DNA of 64,000 bases. Source: Patescibacteria group bacterium (lineage in GTDB: Bacteria; Patescibacteriota; Minisyncoccia; Phycocordibacterales; JAKAEA01). Below the pieces are notes generated by a model. The model saw nothing but the letters and a program-made list of their open reading frames with translations. It did not search any database and was not told the origin of the DNA. This document shows positions 18,499-28,001 of the stretch, piece after piece (the first letter of the stretch is position 1; the number at the start of each line of letters is the position of its first letter). Where the stretch lies: assembly GCA_040387855.1 (NCBI GenBank), contig JAZKCY010000001.1, positions 381,857-445,856 of the forward strand, in the 5' to 3' direction. The position numbers and the translations under genes are program-made.

Positions 18499-19482
18499 AT
18501 GCCTAAGGTTGGAAAGAAAGCACAAATATTAGCGAGCTGGACTACTTTAATCCTACTTATCGCTATTTTACTGCCTCTTACTCCTGCCCAAGCTTTTGAG
18601 GTTTCAAACCAGAATGTAGAAGATAAGAACGACTTTGTTCTTGAACCGGGTAAAGTAGAACTATTCCTTAATCCTGGTGAAGAAGCAACAAAAGCTGTAA
18701 TAGTTACAAGCCGTATTCGAGAGACAACTACGTTTAAAATTGAAATCGAAGATTTCATTGGTTCGCGAGATGCAAATCAACCTGTAATTCTATTGGGTAA
18801 TGATAAAAGCCCGTATTCAATCAAAGATTCTATTGTTCCGGAAATTTCAGAGTTTACCTTGGAGTTTGGTCAACGAATCGCTATTCCTGTAAAAATTACA
18901 GTTCCTGAAGCAACACAACCAGGTGGATTTTATGCATCAGTACTTGTTTCAAGTCAGGCACGAGAAACTCCAGCAACAGCAGCCCAAGGACGTACACGAG
19001 TTGTATCACGAGTCGGATCATTGATGTTTATTCGTGTAAACGGTGATGCTAACGAAAGTGGAGCGGTAGAAGATTTTCGAATTGCGGGCGAAAAGAAGTC
19101 TGTGTATGAAAAAGGACCCTTCACATTTCAGGTGCTTTTCAATAACACAGGTAATGTGCACCTTGTACCGTATGGAACAGTCACAATCAAAAATACACTA
19201 GGTAAGTCAATTTCAACACTGCCTCTTGATGCTTATTTCTCTCTACCTAACTCATTGCGTCATAGAGAAGTGCAATGGTCATCTGGATTCCTTTTTGGAC
19301 GTTATAAAGCAGAATTAGACCTCAACCGTGGGTATGGTGGAACTATGGACCATAAAGAAATTACTTTCTGGGTACTCCCATGGAAAATCGTAGTTGCTGT
19401 ACTCTTTGGATTCCTTCTTATTTCTTCAATACTAGTTTATATTCTTCGAAATTTTGAATTTAAGAAAAAAGGAGCTAAGTAA
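18499..19482 (+). CDS. Cell-surface protein with N-terminal signal peptide and C-terminal TM anchor (DUF916/DUF3324-like architecture)
   Basis: 327 aa. The signal peptide ends AQA. Beta-rich body. C-terminal hydrophobic helix followed by KKKGAK. Confidence 0.45.
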   Translation: MPKVGKKAQILASWTTLILLIAILLPLTPAQAFEVSNQNVEDKNDFVLEPGKVELFLNPGEEATKAVIVTSRIRETTTFKIEIEDFIGSRDANQPVILLGNDKSPYSIKDSIVPEISEFTLEFGQRIAIPVKITVPEATQPGGFYASVLVSSQARETPATAAQGRTRVVSRVGSLMFIRVNGDANESGAVEDFRIAGEKKSVYEKGPFTFQVLFNNTGNVHLVPYGTVTIKNTLGKSISTLPLDAYFSLPNSLRHREVQWSSGFLFGRYKAELDLNRGYGGTMDHKEITFWVLPWKIVVAVLFGFLLISSILVYILRNFEFKKKGAK

Positions 19483-19490
19483 TTTAAGCT

Positions 19491-20237
19491 GTGAAAGGTA
19501 CTAAGCATTCAAAATTTTTATATCTCAATGCTTTTTTACCGGTTCTCTTTGTGTTTGCTGTGATGGGAAGTACAAACTATAAAATGGAAAGTGATACCGT
19601 AAACCCAGCTGGAAATCTTTCTACAAGTACAAATTACTCGCTCGGTGATACATTGGGAGAAGTTGGAACTGGTACTTCTACAAGTGCGACCTATGGGATG
19701 AATGCTGGTTTCTGGCAAATGCAGAGTGGATATATTTCTATCAGCGTAGAAGCTGATCAGGCAATGAGTTCTATTGGTGGCTTTTCTGGTGCTATTAGTA
19801 CATCCACATCCGTATGGACAGTTATTACTGATAACACTGCTGGGTATTCTTTGTTTGTACGGGCAGCTACAAGCCCTGCCCTTAAGAGTCCAGAAGATGC
19901 ATTCTTTTCAGATTATGATTTAGGAGGAGGAGCACCTCATTATGATTTTTCTGCTGATTCAAACTTATCTGTTTTTGGATTTACACCTGAGGGTGAAGAT
20001 ATTACTGATTTCTATAAGGACAATGGACTTGAGTGTAACAGTGGGGGATCAGATACTGTAGATAAATGTTGGGCTGGTTTTACTACAACAGATCAGGAAG
20101 TGTCACAAAGAGCAACATCAAATCATCCGTCTGGAACTCAAACAACATTAAAATATCGAGCAGAAGTGGGATCAAATAAACTTCAAGATGCTGGTTCATA
20201 TTCAGCTGAAATTACAGTAACAGCACTTATGCTTTAA
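19491..20237 (+). CDS. Secreted Ser/Thr-rich surface protein, WxL-domain-like (paralog 2)
   Basis: GTG start and signal peptide. SVWTVITDNTAGYSLFVRAATSPALKSPED is parallel to NLGYTLAVKASQDPAMQSAGDE in the 17822 product. Confidence 0.5.
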   Translation: MKGTKHSKFLYLNAFLPVLFVFAVMGSTNYKMESDTVNPAGNLSTSTNYSLGDTLGEVGTGTSTSATYGMNAGFWQMQSGYISISVEADQAMSSIGGFSGAISTSTSVWTVITDNTAGYSLFVRAATSPALKSPEDAFFSDYDLGGGAPHYDFSADSNLSVFGFTPEGEDITDFYKDNGLECNSGGSDTVDKCWAGFTTTDQEVSQRATSNHPSGTQTTLKYRAEVGSNKLQDAGSYSAEITVTALML

Positions 20238-20238
20238 T

Positions 20239-21609
20239 ATGTTAATTCGTATTTTACTAAGCACAATCATACTCCTCACTCCAGCACTTAGCTTTGCTGC
20301 GACAAGTAGCAATGGTGTTGACGTGAATATGTTTATACTGGGGTGTAATGATAACGCAATTTGTGAACCACTTTCTGGCGAAGATGTTAATTCTTGTCCA
20401 TTGGACTGTACGGTAATAACGCCACCTCCACCACCGCCTTCTAATTTTTCTGGACCTGCAGCACCGTATTCTGGTGGAGGATATTTTTCACCAGCAACGT
20501 ATACTTCTTTTGAAATAACTCCAGGTGATAATTATGCTGTTTTCACGTGGACAACAGACAACAACACTATCAATACATTTTCATGGGGAGAAACTCCTGA
20601 TTACGAATTTGGAAGTATGTCTGAAGTTACATATCACAAAAACCATTCGGTAAAAATCCAAGGTTTAAAACCAGGTGTCGATTATTATTATAAAATTACA
20701 ACGCAAGATGCTTCAGGAGCAACTCTTGTGAAAGATGGAACATATCGACTTCCTGTTTCAGAAGATCACACACCACCTTCAAATCCTAGTGCTTTTTATG
20801 CACAACAACGACAACAAGATGTCTTGCTAACATGGAAGAATCCAAAAGAATTGGATTTTAAAAATGTATTGATAGTAAGATCACCATACGGCTATCCGCA
20901 GAGTGGGTTGGAAGGAAAAATCGTATACGAAGGAAAAGGGAACTATGTTCTTGATTCTGATACTCAAATTGATGCTACCTATTACTACACAATTTTTGCA
21001 TATGATGAAGTATCAAACAGATCGTCTGGAGCAATAGCACGAATAAAAATTGTAGCCCCTGGATCACCAATACCTTCAAATTCAACAGTACCTCCGATTA
21101 CAGGAGAGGTTACTGCAAGTAGTACATTATCGCTTATCGATTTTGATTTTAGTCAAAGGGGGAGAGGTATTTCTTTTCTGCAAGATGTTGTACCGGTAAA
21201 TTCTGCTGATGCAATTACTGTGTCTCTTGCTCGTGAAAAAGTACCAAAAAATGTTAAATATATTGTGCTAACACTAAAAGATGAGGTTCCATGGAATTCA
21301 TACCTTTTCTCAGATAATTTTGATAAGACAACAAGTGAAACTTCAATTGCGGCATTAGAACGAGTTGGGGTGGTTGCTTTTGAACTAAATATTGCATATC
21401 AAGGTTCAGATTCTGTTACAAAAATTGAAGGATATTTTAAAACAACATCACTACAACCTCAGCTTGGGGAAAAGCGAGTGAGTTTTTGGGAAAATTTTCT
21501 TAAATTAACACATATCTATCGGGGTATTTTGCTAATAGTGCTTTTGATCATTATAATCATAATTCTGGGGATAATTCGGCACAAAAAAGACAAGCGAGCC
21601 ATGCTATAA
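20239..21609 (+). CDS. Secreted protein with two fibronectin type III domains and a C-terminal TM anchor
   Basis: Signal peptide and Pro-rich linker. Two FN3 units (FTWTTD...GLKPGVDYYYKI and LLTWKNPKE...ATYYYTIFAYD). C-terminal hydrophobic stretch plus RHKKDKR. Confidence 0.6.
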   Translation: MLIRILLSTIILLTPALSFAATSSNGVDVNMFILGCNDNAICEPLSGEDVNSCPLDCTVITPPPPPPSNFSGPAAPYSGGGYFSPATYTSFEITPGDNYAVFTWTTDNNTINTFSWGETPDYEFGSMSEVTYHKNHSVKIQGLKPGVDYYYKITTQDASGATLVKDGTYRLPVSEDHTPPSNPSAFYAQQRQQDVLLTWKNPKELDFKNVLIVRSPYGYPQSGLEGKIVYEGKGNYVLDSDTQIDATYYYTIFAYDEVSNRSSGAIARIKIVAPGSPIPSNSTVPPITGEVTASSTLSLIDFDFSQRGRGISFLQDVVPVNSADAITVSLAREKVPKNVKYIVLTLKDEVPWNSYLFSDNFDKTTSETSIAALERVGVVAFELNIAYQGSDSVTKIEGYFKTTSLQPQLGEKRVSFWENFLKLTHIYRGILLIVLLIIIIIILGIIRHKKDKRAML

Positions 21610-21621
21610 TAAGGCCTATAA

Positions 21622-24600
21622 ATGGGCACTATTTTTACGAAAAAACTTTTCAGTTCTTATGCTCTTTCTCTCTTCATTTTAGTTTCATTTATTGTAACTT
21701 CATGTTTTGGAATTGTGCTTCCAGAAGTTGCATCTGCTGCTCTCAACAAACAAATAAATTATCAAGGAAAACTTACAAATGCTTCTAATGTTGCAGTAGC
21801 CAACGGTACCTATGAAATGGTTTTTAATCTTTATACAGTTTCTTCTGGAGGATCTCCAATTTGGACTGAAACACGAAGTGGTGGAAGTGAGGTGACTGTT
21901 ACCAACGGACTTTTCAGTGTGATGCTTGGAGAAGTCGCAACACTTGATGCCGTAAATTTTAATCAGACATTGTACCTCGGAGTAACCATCGAAGCTGATG
22001 CAGAAATGTCACCTCGAAAAAAATTGGGAGTTGTGCCTGGTGCAATTGATTCAGAACGACTTGGAGGATTAAACAGTTCACAATTTTTACGAGCTGATGC
22101 AGCAAATGCAACATCAACTGCTTCTACATATCTTACTGTCACACAAAACGGAGCAGGAAAAATTGCAGAATTTTTTGGACCAAGTTCAGCATCAGTACTT
22201 TCAATTACAGCTGATGGAAAAGTGGGGATTGGCACAACAACTCCGTATGCAAAACTTTCGGTAGCGGGGGCAATTGTCGGTGAATATTTTGTTGGAACTT
22301 CAACTGCGACCTCTACACTTGGTGGAGGTCTTTCTGCAACTCGTTTCCAAGCAACAGCAACATCAACAATGGCAGGCATTAATCTTGCTTCTGGATGTTA
22401 TGCCATTGCAGGAGCATGTATTGGTGGATCAAGTCTGTTGGGGACTACAGGTCAGGTTGCATATTTTAGTGGTACCAATACTGCTGTAGGTACTTCATCA
22501 CTTTCGTTTGATAATGCTGGTAATGTGAGTATCGCTAAAAACTTGTTTGGAGGTATTTGGACTATTGACCAAAATGGTATTTTTTATGGTACTTCAACAA
22601 ATTCTCTTGGGGCATCGTATGGTAATTACACAGGATTTGCTGTTGCAGTAAATAGCGGAGGATATGTAATTGATGATCAGGGTAACACATTGTCAACATT
22701 ATTTGCTGATGAAGCAGGTAATTCACTTACTGCAAATTATGCAGCAAACAACTTTGGACAATTCTTTACCGGAAATGGTTTTACGTTAGATGCAAATAAT
22801 CAAAAAATCACAAGTATTGGTTTGGGATCTACATCAGCTCCTTCACTTTCTTTCAATAGTGATTCAAATACCGGTATCTTTTCTCCGGGTGCAGATAGTA
22901 TTGCATTCTCAATTGGTGGAGCAGAGCGAGTAACTATTGGATCAACAGGTAACTTTGGAATTGGAACAACATCACCATACGCAAAACTTTCAGTAGCAGG
23001 TGAAGTTGTTGCCTCACATTTTACTGCAACTTCGACAACCGCAACATCAACATTCGCAAATGGTTTAAATATTACTGGTGGATGTTATGCCGTAGCAGGA
23101 GTCTGTCTTTCATCAGGTTCAAGTCTTACTGGTACAACTGGCCAGCTCGCATATTTTAGTGGGACAAATACTGCGATTGGAACATCATCAATTTTCCTAG
23201 CAACAAATCAAAATGTGGGAATCGGTTCTACTACACCTGGTTCAAAACTTTCAGTAAACGGAACAGTTGCTGCTGATTCATTTAATGTTCTTACCAATAA
23301 TGAAGGTTATAAAATTAGAGGTACAACTATTTTGAATGCATCATCTTCAATTTCAAGTCTTACAATTGGTGTTAATGCGGGTGCAAATCTTGGAGGCAAC
23401 TCTTCTTCAAACGTTGCGATCGGATCATTTGCAATGAATTCTACATTGAGCGGAGATTCAAACATTGCCCTTGGATACAGTTCTTTGTACACAAATGAAA
23501 CAGGAAATAATAACATCGCTATTGGTTATTCTGCTTTAGATGCATTGCTTGCAAATTCAGATAACGTTGCGCTTGGTACAGAAGCAGGTAAAAATACTAC
23601 AGGTTCAAACAACCTTTTCTTAGGTCATGGAGCAGGATATAACGGCGGAACAAATGCGATTACTTCTGGCTCAAATAATATTCTCATTGGATACAATGTA
23701 ACTGGTACATCATCAACAGCAACAAACTTTTTAAATATAGGTAATGCACTCTATGGAAACTTATCAAATGGAAATATTGGAATTGGTTCAACATCGCCAA
23801 ACTCAAAGCTTTCTATTGTAAGCCAAAATGCTGTTGGTTTAGAGATTTCAGCTGGTGATGCTAATTCTTATACAGGACTTTCTCTTGGTAGACTTGCAGC
23901 TGATGCAAATTTCTCAATCGCTGGTACTGGAGGACAATGGGCTCAGGATGCTACATCAGGAGATTTAATTATACGAACACAAACTACTGATATGTTCTTT
24001 GATACGAATGGCGGAGTGGGCACCTCAGCATTTACTATTCTTTCAGGTAATGGAAATGTAGGAATTGGAACAACCTCACCTTATGCAAAACTTTCTGTAG
24101 CTGGAACTGTAGTTGGACAGAATTTTGTTGCGACATCAACAACTGCAACATCAACATTTGCTGGTGGTTTAGTTGCAGGAGGGACTACTGGTCTGATTGT
24201 ATTACAAAATGGAAATGTAGGAATTGGTACAACCACTCCTAATCAAGGCTCAGCTGGAGGAGGAGCCGCAAAAGTTTTAAGCTTCAGTGATCCTTTAAAT
24301 ACAGTATTAAGAGTTACTGGGGGAGATGTTAATGCTGTATTTCAAACTCTAAATAATGATGCTGTATATGTTGGACCTACATCGGCGCATTCCCTTAATT
24401 TGGTTACAGAAGGATCATCAAAATTAACCATATTAAGTGGAGGAAATGTTGGAATCGGTACTACAACACCATATGCAAAACTTTCAGTTGCAGGAACTAT
24501 TGTAGGAGCAAATTTTGTTGGTACCACAACTGCAACCTCTACACTTGGTGGTGGATTATCAGCAACTCGTTTTCAAGCGACAGCAACATCAACAATGGCA

Positions 24601-26688
24601 GGTATTGATCTTACTTCTGGATGTTATGCCATTGCAGGAACATGTCTTTCAACTGGTGGATCAAGTCAATGGACAACTGCCGGAAATAATATTCACTTTA
24701 ATACAGGTAATGTAGGTATCGGAACAACATCTCCATTATCAGCACTAGCTCTTGGTACATCTACAACCGCCGCGGGAACAGCTGGTATTTATGAGTTTTT
24801 AACACTCAATAGTGCTTCTGGTGCAACACAGTTTGGAAATCAAATGTATGTAGTAAATGCACCTACAGGATCTGCAAATACTATGGTCGCTCAAATGATT
24901 CGAGTTGAAGATAGTACTGCACTCACAAATACCGTGCGAGGTCTTGAAGTACAAGCACACAGAGGTACAAATACATTGGGAGAAAATACTGGAGTTTCAG
25001 CATTCGGAAGAACATTCGGTATTAAGGGAGTAACTATTGGTGATGCCGGTGGGACACTTGCACCTGCTGGAGTCTACGGAGAAACTCGAGGAACAACACA
25101 GGGTAACGCATTCCGAGGATATTCAAATACTATTACTTCATCAAACCTTTCATATTTGTATCAAGAAACATCCGCATTTACTGGTGATGTATTTCGAGCC
25201 GATGTAGGAAATGGAGCTGGATCATTTAGTGGAAATCTTTTGAGATTGCAAGTTGCCGGAGTAAATAAATTTAATGTAAGTGCACATGGGACAACTACCA
25301 TTGGGGATGGAGTGAATTTTGCAGGTCTTGTGGTCTCAAATGGAGCCCTTACTGTAAGTGGTACTGCTACCTCAACATTCTCAAATGGAATAAATATAGC
25401 AGGAGGATGTTTTGCTGTTTCAGGAAGTTGTTTGTCAACAGGTGGTACAAGTCTTATCGGAACGACTGGTCAGTTTGCGTACTTTAGTGACACAAATACT
25501 GCAGTTGGTACTTCATCATTATTCTTGGCAACAAATGGTAATGTAGGAATTGGAACTACCTCACCATATGCAAAGCTTTCTGTTGTTGGTGAAATAGTAG
25601 CTTCACACTTTACTGGTACCACAACAGCAACCTCAACATTGGGAGGAGGTCTTTCTGCAACTCGTTTCCAAGCAACAGCAACCTCAACGATGGCAGGTAT
25701 AAATTTAACTGGTGGATGTTTTTCTATTTCAGGAACATGTCTTTCAGCAGGTGGTGGCTCTGGAACGGTTGGAGCTGGAACTACAGGATATGTGCCATTT
25801 TATGCAGCAGGTGGAACAACACTTACTGCAACATCTTCACTATTTATAGCTGCAAATGGAAATATTGGAATTAACACTGTAAGTCCAACAGCAGATCGAC
25901 TTCACATTGGGGCAGATAGTTCATGGACTGGTCTTCGGGTAGATGCTGGAACTGCAGGAACAAGTGGTGCGTATATTGATTTTTATGATCATCTTGGATC
26001 AAAGGCCGGAGGATTCGTGTATGACGAACTTGATGGTGACTCATTAAAGTTTAAAACATATTTTGGAAGTAATGATATAAAATTCATCACAAATAATAGT
26101 GATGAGCGAATGACTATTTCGGGTGCTAATGGATATGTTGGTATAGGAACCACATCACCTTATGCCGCACTCTCAGTAGCCGGTGCATCTGGAGTTGTTG
26201 CTAATATTTTTAATGCGACATCAACTACTGCAACATCAACATTTGCCGGAGGTCTTTCAATTGCAACCAACGGATTGGTATATGATCGTTCAACGGGATA
26301 TGTGGGTGTGGGAACTGCATTGGCAAAACGAAAGCTTGATGTAACTGATGCTTCAAATCCTCAAATGCGTTTGAGTCAAACAAACAACTCTGTATTTTCT
26401 GATTTTAAGGTTGCAGCAACAACTGGAGATCTTACTGTAAGTATAAATACTACAGCTGAAAATGTTATATTCAATCAGCCATCCGGTACAACAGGAGCAA
26501 ACGTATGGGCTTGTCAGGGAGACGCATGTCCTACTGCATATCTAAATCTTGCTGATGGAGGTAACTTTGTAGCAGAAAAAGCATACTACTTTGGAAACGG
26601 ATTTAAGATCTCAACTGTAGATGCATCTACAACAGCTGTCTACGACACTACAAATACAATCATCCTACAATTCGACGAAGCACCGTAA
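21622..26688 (+). CDS. Giant (1688 aa) secreted Gly/Thr/Ser-rich repeat protein (tail-fibre-like / beta-helical adhesin-like)
   Basis: Signal peptide. At least 7 copies of a GNVGIGTT(S/T)PYAKLSVAG module. Five copies of a GC(Y/F)A(I/V)(A/S)G(T/A/V)C Cys pair. About 120-bp repeats of ~85-90% identity at 22283, 24506 and 25615. Confidence 0.6.
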   Translation: MGTIFTKKLFSSYALSLFILVSFIVTSCFGIVLPEVASAALNKQINYQGKLTNASNVAVANGTYEMVFNLYTVSSGGSPIWTETRSGGSEVTVTNGLFSVMLGEVATLDAVNFNQTLYLGVTIEADAEMSPRKKLGVVPGAIDSERLGGLNSSQFLRADAANATSTASTYLTVTQNGAGKIAEFFGPSSASVLSITADGKVGIGTTTPYAKLSVAGAIVGEYFVGTSTATSTLGGGLSATRFQATATSTMAGINLASGCYAIAGACIGGSSLLGTTGQVAYFSGTNTAVGTSSLSFDNAGNVSIAKNLFGGIWTIDQNGIFYGTSTNSLGASYGNYTGFAVAVNSGGYVIDDQGNTLSTLFADEAGNSLTANYAANNFGQFFTGNGFTLDANNQKITSIGLGSTSAPSLSFNSDSNTGIFSPGADSIAFSIGGAERVTIGSTGNFGIGTTSPYAKLSVAGEVVASHFTATSTTATSTFANGLNITGGCYAVAGVCLSSGSSLTGTTGQLAYFSGTNTAIGTSSIFLATNQNVGIGSTTPGSKLSVNGTVAADSFNVLTNNEGYKIRGTTILNASSSISSLTIGVNAGANLGGNSSSNVAIGSFAMNSTLSGDSNIALGYSSLYTNETGNNNIAIGYSALDALLANSDNVALGTEAGKNTTGSNNLFLGHGAGYNGGTNAITSGSNNILIGYNVTGTSSTATNFLNIGNALYGNLSNGNIGIGSTSPNSKLSIVSQNAVGLEISAGDANSYTGLSLGRLAADANFSIAGTGGQWAQDATSGDLIIRTQTTDMFFDTNGGVGTSAFTILSGNGNVGIGTTSPYAKLSVAGTVVGQNFVATSTTATSTFAGGLVAGGTTGLIVLQNGNVGIGTTTPNQGSAGGGAAKVLSFSDPLNTVLRVTGGDVNAVFQTLNNDAVYVGPTSAHSLNLVTEGSSKLTILSGGNVGIGTTTPYAKLSVAGTIVGANFVGTTTATSTLGGGLSATRFQATATSTMAGIDLTSGCYAIAGTCLSTGGSSQWTTAGNNIHFNTGNVGIGTTSPLSALALGTSTTAAGTAGIYEFLTLNSASGATQFGNQMYVVNAPTGSANTMVAQMIRVEDSTALTNTVRGLEVQAHRGTNTLGENTGVSAFGRTFGIKGVTIGDAGGTLAPAGVYGETRGTTQGNAFRGYSNTITSSNLSYLYQETSAFTGDVFRADVGNGAGSFSGNLLRLQVAGVNKFNVSAHGTTTIGDGVNFAGLVVSNGALTVSGTATSTFSNGINIAGGCFAVSGSCLSTGGTSLIGTTGQFAYFSDTNTAVGTSSLFLATNGNVGIGTTSPYAKLSVVGEIVASHFTGTTTATSTLGGGLSATRFQATATSTMAGINLTGGCFSISGTCLSAGGGSGTVGAGTTGYVPFYAAGGTTLTATSSLFIAANGNIGINTVSPTADRLHIGADSSWTGLRVDAGTAGTSGAYIDFYDHLGSKAGGFVYDELDGDSLKFKTYFGSNDIKFITNNSDERMTISGANGYVGIGTTSPYAALSVAGASGVVANIFNATSTTATSTFAGGLSIATNGLVYDRSTGYVGVGTALAKRKLDVTDASNPQMRLSQTNNSVFSDFKVAATTGDLTVSINTTAENVIFNQPSGTTGANVWACQGDACPTAYLNLADGGNFVAEKAYYFGNGFKISTVDASTTAVYDTTNTIILQFDEAP

Positions 26689-26698
26689 AAATACTGCT

Positions 26699-27460
26699 AT
26701 GATAATTTCCGAACTGAAAGATTTATTAAAAAATATTGTACGATGGGCATTTGCATTCATAGCTTTGTCTACTTTTTTCTTTCTATTTTCTACACAAACG
26801 GTGACGATAAAAGGCAGGGAAGTGCCAGTGCCTTGGATGACTGATTCATCATATACGATTCAGTTTTTTGATACATTACAGCGTACATTGATACCAAGTG
26901 AAGTAGATCTTATTGTTACAAATCCATTCGATGCTTTTTTTATAGAGGTTAAATTATCTTTATTTTTAGCCTTTATTGTATTGTCGCCTTTTCTTTTGTG
27001 GGGAATACTACGATACCTTTCGCCAGCATTAAAACAGTCAGAAAGAAAATCATTATATAAAGTTGTATTACCATCTACTATTTTGTTTTTTAGCGGATGT
27101 CTATTTGCATATGCATACATTATTCCTTCTACGATAAAAATAATGTATGCACATGCGCCCAATATCAAAGCAATTCAGTACTTCAATGTTAATGATTTTA
27201 TTTCATTAGCACTCATGATGATGGTTGCTACGGGAATAATGTTTGTTCTTCCTGTGTGCATGGTTATCTCAAGTTATCTTGGGATAGTTAACCCCGTTAT
27301 TTGGAAACAGTATTGGCGCCAGGCAATTTTTGGATGTCTGTTAGTTACAGCAGTAATCACACCCGATGGTAGTGGAATTACCATGGCAATGCTTGCGATT
27401 CCACTCTGTTTACTCTATATAGTAGGCCTTTTTATCAGCTGGCGGTATAAAACTAGTTAG
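26699..27460 (+). CDS. tatC: Twin-arginine translocase subunit TatC
   Basis: Six TM helices with a TatC-like pattern (LSPFLLWGILRYLSPAL, ILFFSGCLFAYAYIIP). ATG at 26699 sits 11 nt after the giant gene's stop. Confidence 0.75.
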   Translation: MIISELKDLLKNIVRWAFAFIALSTFFFLFSTQTVTIKGREVPVPWMTDSSYTIQFFDTLQRTLIPSEVDLIVTNPFDAFFIEVKLSLFLAFIVLSPFLLWGILRYLSPALKQSERKSLYKVVLPSTILFFSGCLFAYAYIIPSTIKIMYAHAPNIKAIQYFNVNDFISLALMMMVATGIMFVLPVCMVISSYLGIVNPVIWKQYWRQAIFGCLLVTAVITPDGSGITMAMLAIPLCLLYIVGLFISWRYKTS

Positions 27461-27504
27461 TATATACTTATAGATAAGTAAAGCTTATAAATTATATAAA
27501 ATCT

Positions 27505-27711
27505 ATGTTTGGATTAGGCGTACCAGAACTCATAATTATAGTATTAGCGTTTGGATTACTCTTTTTTGGTAGTAGTAAAATATCTGAATTTTCACGAAGT
27601 CTGGGAAGAATGTCTGGAGAATATAAAAAGAGCAAGCGTGAGATTGAAAAAGAAATTGAGGAAAGTGAACTAAAAACAACTGATCAGAAAAAAACTGATA
27701 CAACTAGTTAG
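27505..27711 (+). CDS. tatA: Twin-arginine translocase subunit TatA/E
   Basis: MFGLGVPELIIIVLAFGLLFFGSSKISEFSRSLGR is the canonical TatA N-terminus. Confidence 0.85.
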   Translation: MFGLGVPELIIIVLAFGLLFFGSSKISEFSRSLGRMSGEYKKSKREIEKEIEESELKTTDQKKTDTTS

Positions 27712-27725
27712 TTCTAATTTGGTAT

Positions 27726-27986
27726 ATGGCAGTACATCACAAACATACGGCTTCAGAAGAAGTACAAAAAAAGACACGTCGAAACATGATCAAACTTGCA
27801 CTTTTTGGAGGTGCTGCTTTTGTACTTGGGAAAGTATTTAATTCTGTTACTGAACATTTCTCAGATAAAGTAATACGTAATGTAGATTTTCAGAATTTCA
27901 ATTTTCAAGAATCAGAAAAAAAACTCACTATATCTGAAAAAGATGGTGAGCCACTGCTTATCATCGAAAAAGATTCATTTAAATAA
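27726..27986 (+). CDS. Small protein (86 aa) with a twin-arginine (Tat) signal peptide
   Basis: KKTRRNMIKLALFGGAAFVLG fits S/T-R-R-x-hydrophobic-hydrophobic-K plus an h-region. The gene lies immediately downstream of tatA. Confidence 0.5.
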   Translation: MAVHHKHTASEEVQKKTRRNMIKLALFGGAAFVLGKVFNSVTEHFSDKVIRNVDFQNFNFQESEKKLTISEKDGEPLLIIEKDSFK

Positions 27987-28001
27987 TTCTGCCTACATGC
28001 C

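Noticed and set aside
21963-24715. Several 60-140-aa antisense and alternative-frame ORFs inside the giant repeat gene (21963..22379, 22274..22489, 23307..23516, 24342..24527, 24515..24715)
   Set aside because: Shadow ORFs of the repetitive Gly/Thr-rich coding sequence. Their near-identity to one another simply reflects the DNA repeats.
21622-26688. Possibility that the giant GIGTTxP-repeat protein marks a prophage (tail fibre)
   Set aside because: There are no capsid, terminase, portal, integrase or other tail genes in the flanks. The neighbours are cellular surface and Tat/glycosylation genes. Treated as a cellular surface fibre.
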